64,000 nt of DNA, taken from positions 4,552-68,551 of the forward strand of contig JAQCBB010000001.1 in the NCBI GenBank assembly GCA_027621535.1, given 5' to 3'. The stretch comes from Pseudomonadota bacterium. Lineage in GTDB: Bacteria > Pseudomonadota > Gammaproteobacteria > Burkholderiales > Methylophilaceae. The notes beneath the pieces were generated by a model. The model did not search any database and was not told the origin of the DNA. It worked only from the letters and a program-made list of their open reading frames with translations. The translations under genes and the position numbers were made by a program. Each line of letters begins with the position of its first letter. The stretch's first letter is position 1. Positions 61,345-64,000 of this stretch are shown here, one piece after another.

Positions 61345-63314
61345 CACTATTACCGCTTTATACTTTAATCCCAACTCTTCCATTATTAGCGTCTGTGATC
61401 ACAGGGTTGTTTGGGTCTAAGCTGCCCAAAACCTTTTCCCATTTGCTGCCAATTTTATTTGTTTTTGCTAGTTTTATTATATCTTTGTACGCTTTATATA
61501 TTTCTTCACATGGTTATATTTTCAATGAAACTTTATTTCGATGGCTAACTGTAGGTCAGTATGATTTGAAAATTGGTTTTTTGATTGATAATTTATCTGC
61601 GCTAATGATGGTCGTAGTGACTTTTGTGTCGTTAATGGTTCACGTCTACACAATTGGGTATATGAAAGATGATCAAGGCTACAGTCGCTTTTTTAGCTTC
61701 ATATCACTATTTACATTTGCCATGTTAATGCTCGTCATGAGCAATAACTTTTTACAATTATTTTTTGGATGGGAAGCCGTTGGATTGGTCTCTTATTTAT
61801 TAATTGGTTTCTGGTACCAAAAGCCGACAGCAATTCATGCCAACATGAAAGCTTTTTTAGTAAATAGAATAGGTGATTTTGGTTTTTTACTTGGCATAAG
61901 TTTAATACTTTTTTGGTTTGGCTCTCTTGATTACATTGATGTTTTTAATAGACTTGAAGCATTAAGTGAGCAAAATATACAAATTATGGGTAGCTCTATT
62001 TCATTAATGACATTGATTGCCATATTGCTTTTTATTGGAGCAATGGGAAAGTCTGCTCAAGTTCCTTTGCATGTCTGGTTGCCAGACTCGATGGAGGGAC
62101 CCACACCGATATCTGCTCTGATTCATGCAGCCACGATGGTCACTGCAGGTATTTTTTTAATTGCAAGAGTTTCTCCTATCGTTGAATTTTCCGAAACAGC
62201 ACTATGCTTTATTTTAATTATAGGGAGTATCACGGCTTTATTTATGGGTTTATTGGGTATCTTTCAAAGCGATATTAAAAGAGTAATTGCATATTCAACC
62301 TTATCTCAACTTGGATATATGACTATAGCTCTAGGTGTTTCAAGTTATTCACTCGCAATCTTCCATCTATTTACACATGCTTTTTTTAAGGCACTTTTAT
62401 TTTTAGGCGCTGGATCCGTGATTATTGGAATGCACCATGAGCAGAATATTTTTAGCATGGGAAATTTGAAAAAATATATGCCCATTACATGGATCACATT
62501 TTTACTTGCGACTCTGGCTTTAGTGGGCATGCCATTTTTTTCAGGCTTTTACTCAAAAGAGTCAATCATTGAGGCTGTGAAGCATAGTGAGTTGATGGGT
62601 TCATCTTTTGCATATTTTGCTGCTGTCATCGGAGTTTTTATTACTTCACTATATAGCTTTAGATTATATTTGATTGTTTTTCATGGTAATGAGAATTGGA
62701 GAACATCCAAAAGTAAACATCATCATGGACTGGACTCATCAGAATCACCGCATGAATCAGACTGGGTTGTCACGCTCCCCTTAATAATATTGGCCATTCC
62801 CTCTGTGATTATCGGATTTTTTACCATTACTCCCATATTAACGACTGACTTTTTATCAAATACTCTAATGATTAAGGAAACACATCGTGCATTAGCTCAT
62901 GTTGTTGAACATTTTGATGGCCCTTTCGGTATGGCTCTGCATAGTGTTTTAACACTCCCATTTTGGCTCATGATTTTTGGTTTTGTTACTGCGTATTATA
63001 TTTATTATAAAAAATACAATTGGATTAAATTGCCACGAATAGTAAATAAAATTATCGATGAAAAGTATGGTTTTGATCGCTTGAATGAATCCATCATAGC
63101 TCCGTTAACATTAAAGCTCGGGAGTTTTTTGTGGAATTTTGTTGATATGAAATTTATTGATAACGTTTTGGTCAACGGTGTAGCTCGATTGATTAATTCA
63201 TTCTCACTGGTAACAAAAAAAATTCAAACCGGTTATGTATCTCACTATGCTTTTGGGATGGCAATAGCTTTGATTGCCTTTATAAGTTATTTTATAATTG
63301 GTTGGCTATTATGA
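61341..63314 (+). CDS. nuoL: NADH-quinone oxidoreductase subunit L
   Basis: A 657-aa antiporter-like subunit with [40 protein letters not shown] and a C-terminal lateral-helix region. Confidence 0.95.
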   Translation: MTLLPLYTLIPTLPLLASVITGLFGSKLPKTFSHLLPILFVFASFIISLYALYISSHGYIFNETLFRWLTVGQYDLKIGFLIDNLSALMMVVVTFVSLMVHVYTIGYMKDDQGYSRFFSFISLFTFAMLMLVMSNNFLQLFFGWEAVGLVSYLLIGFWYQKPTAIHANMKAFLVNRIGDFGFLLGISLILFWFGSLDYIDVFNRLEALSEQNIQIMGSSISLMTLIAILLFIGAMGKSAQVPLHVWLPDSMEGPTPISALIHAATMVTAGIFLIARVSPIVEFSETALCFILIIGSITALFMGLLGIFQSDIKRVIAYSTLSQLGYMTIALGVSSYSLAIFHLFTHAFFKALLFLGAGSVIIGMHHEQNIFSMGNLKKYMPITWITFLLATLALVGMPFFSGFYSKESIIEAVKHSELMGSSFAYFAAVIGVFITSLYSFRLYLIVFHGNENWRTSKSKHHHGLDSSESPHESDWVVTLPLIILAIPSVIIGFFTITPILTTDFLSNTLMIKETHRALAHVVEHFDGPFGMALHSVLTLPFWLMIFGFVTAYYIYYKKYNWIKLPRIVNKIIDEKYGFDRLNESIIAPLTLKLGSFLWNFVDMKFIDNVLVNGVARLINSFSLVTKKIQTGYVSHYAFGMAIALIAFISYFIIGWLL

Positions 63315-64000
63315 TGAGCTTTATTTTATCAATAGCCATTTGGACACCAATATGTTTAGGCATTTTGTTGTTAATTATACAAAAGAAATTATCCACAAAT
63401 GTCGTTTACAAGCTTGGAAATATTTTTGGATTTATTGCTTTTTTAATCACAATTCCACTTTATATTTTCTTTGATACAACTTACTCAGGTTTTCAATTTC
63501 AAGAAATTTCTCCATGGATTAGTCATTTTTCAATTCAATACCATCTTGGTCTTGATGGAATATCTTTACCTTTGGTTATGCTGACAAGTTTTATCACCTG
63601 GTTAGTTATTTTTATATCTTCTAATTCTATAAACCGATCTTTAGGATCTTATATTGCATCCTTTTTAATTCTTTCTGGATTGATGATCGGTGTGTTTTTA
63701 GCATTAGATGCAATACTCTATTATGTTTTCTGGGAAGCTATGCTTATCCCTATGTTTTTATTAATTGGAGTATGGGGTGGGCCAAATCGAGTTTATGCGA
63801 CAATCAAATTTTTTCTTTATACGGTGTTAGGTTCATTGCTAATGTTAGTTGCCTTCATTTATCTCTTTAACCAAACTGGGAGTTTTTCAATAGTTGATTT
63901 TTATACAAAACAATTATCATTAAATACTCAAGTTTTTTTATTCATAGCATTTTTCATGGCATTTGCAGTCAAAATACCCATGTGGCCAATGCATACTTGG
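63311..64000 (+). CDS. nuoM: NADH-quinone oxidoreductase subunit M (5' part; runs off the window)
   Basis: This gene is not in the ORF track because no stop lies within the window. My own translation from ATG 63311 is [20 protein letters not shown]...HLGLDGISLPLVMLTSF...FAVKIPMWPMHTW, which is open to nt 64000 (230 codons). Confidence 0.9.
   Translation, partial: MMSFILSIAIWTPICLGILLLIIQKKLSTNVVYKLGNIFGFIAFLITIPLYIFFDTTYSGFQFQEISPWISHFSIQYHLGLDGISLPLVMLTSFITWLVIFISSNSINRSLGSYIASFLILSGLMIGVFLALDAILYYVFWEAMLIPMFLLIGVWGGPNRVYATIKFFLYTVLGSLLMLVAFIYLFNQTGSFSIVDFYTKQLSLNTQVFLFIAFFMAFAVKIPMWPMHTW

Noticed and set aside
63389-63397. A perfect DnaA-box consensus (TTATCCACA)
   Set aside because: It is a single isolated copy inside the nuoM coding sequence. 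There is no cluster of boxes, AT-rich unwinding element or dnaA/dnaN/gidA context, so it is a chance occurrence rather than an origin.
1-64000. I scanned for CRISPR-like spaced repeats, IS/transposase, integrase, phage, toxin-antitoxin or known defence-gene signatures, and for att-like repeats of the tRNA 3' ends
   Set aside because: None were seen. Non-coding DNA is minimal, and every ORF over 100 codons except 48684-49505 is assignable to a housekeeping family. I could not run a computational repeat search, so short dispersed repeats may have been missed.

Overview
This is a 64-kb, AT-rich and very gene-dense chromosomal segment; most intergenic gaps are under 100 nt and many neighbouring genes share 1-19 nt. 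It looks like core genome of a streamlined proteobacterium. The gene order is what I associate with Betaproteobacteria: hemH-hrcA | nadK-recN, fur | bamE-dapB-carAB-greA, yhbY | rlmE-ftsH-folP-glmM, uvrC-pgsA-tRNA(Gly,Cys,Leu), and tpiA-secG-tRNA-Leu-nuoA..M. Together with edd/eda this fits a small Methylophilaceae/OM43-like genome, but that is inference I cannot test without a database search. I call about 62 CDS, 4 tRNAs, a few promoters, Pho boxes and hairpins, and two short tandem repeats. Functional blocks: (i) a carbamoyltransferase plus Entner-Doudoroff genes edd-eda-HAD; (ii) a minus-strand chain hrcA-hemH-hldD-hldE-waaF-GT2 covering LPS heptose; (iii) housekeeping genes recN, fur, carAB, greA, ftsH, folP and glmM; (iv) a phosphate block, pstSCAB followed by a TPR/GT9-like gene where phoU normally sits, plus an OprO/P-type porin, with recognisable Pho boxes in front of pstS and the porin; (v) prfB with its programmed +1 frameshift, then lysS; (vi) purB, acnB, UDG, uvrC, pgsA and recJ; (vii) 13 of the 14 complex I genes, nuoA to nuoM (nuoM runs off the window). 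I found no rRNA, CRISPR array, transposase, integrase, phage gene or recognisable defence or toxin-antitoxin module, and I see no convincing evidence for a novel multi-gene system. The only unassignable locus is 48536-49505: a transmembrane mini-ORF and an orphan 273-codon ORF in the same frame, next to a tRNA. Other points worth a second look are the TPR-glycosyltransferase coupled to pstB, an unusually long repeat-bearing BamE, a 59-codon tautomerase gene missing from the ORF track, and repeated stop-codon-sharing convergent gene pairs. All product calls rest on motif and synteny recognition by eye, not on searches.
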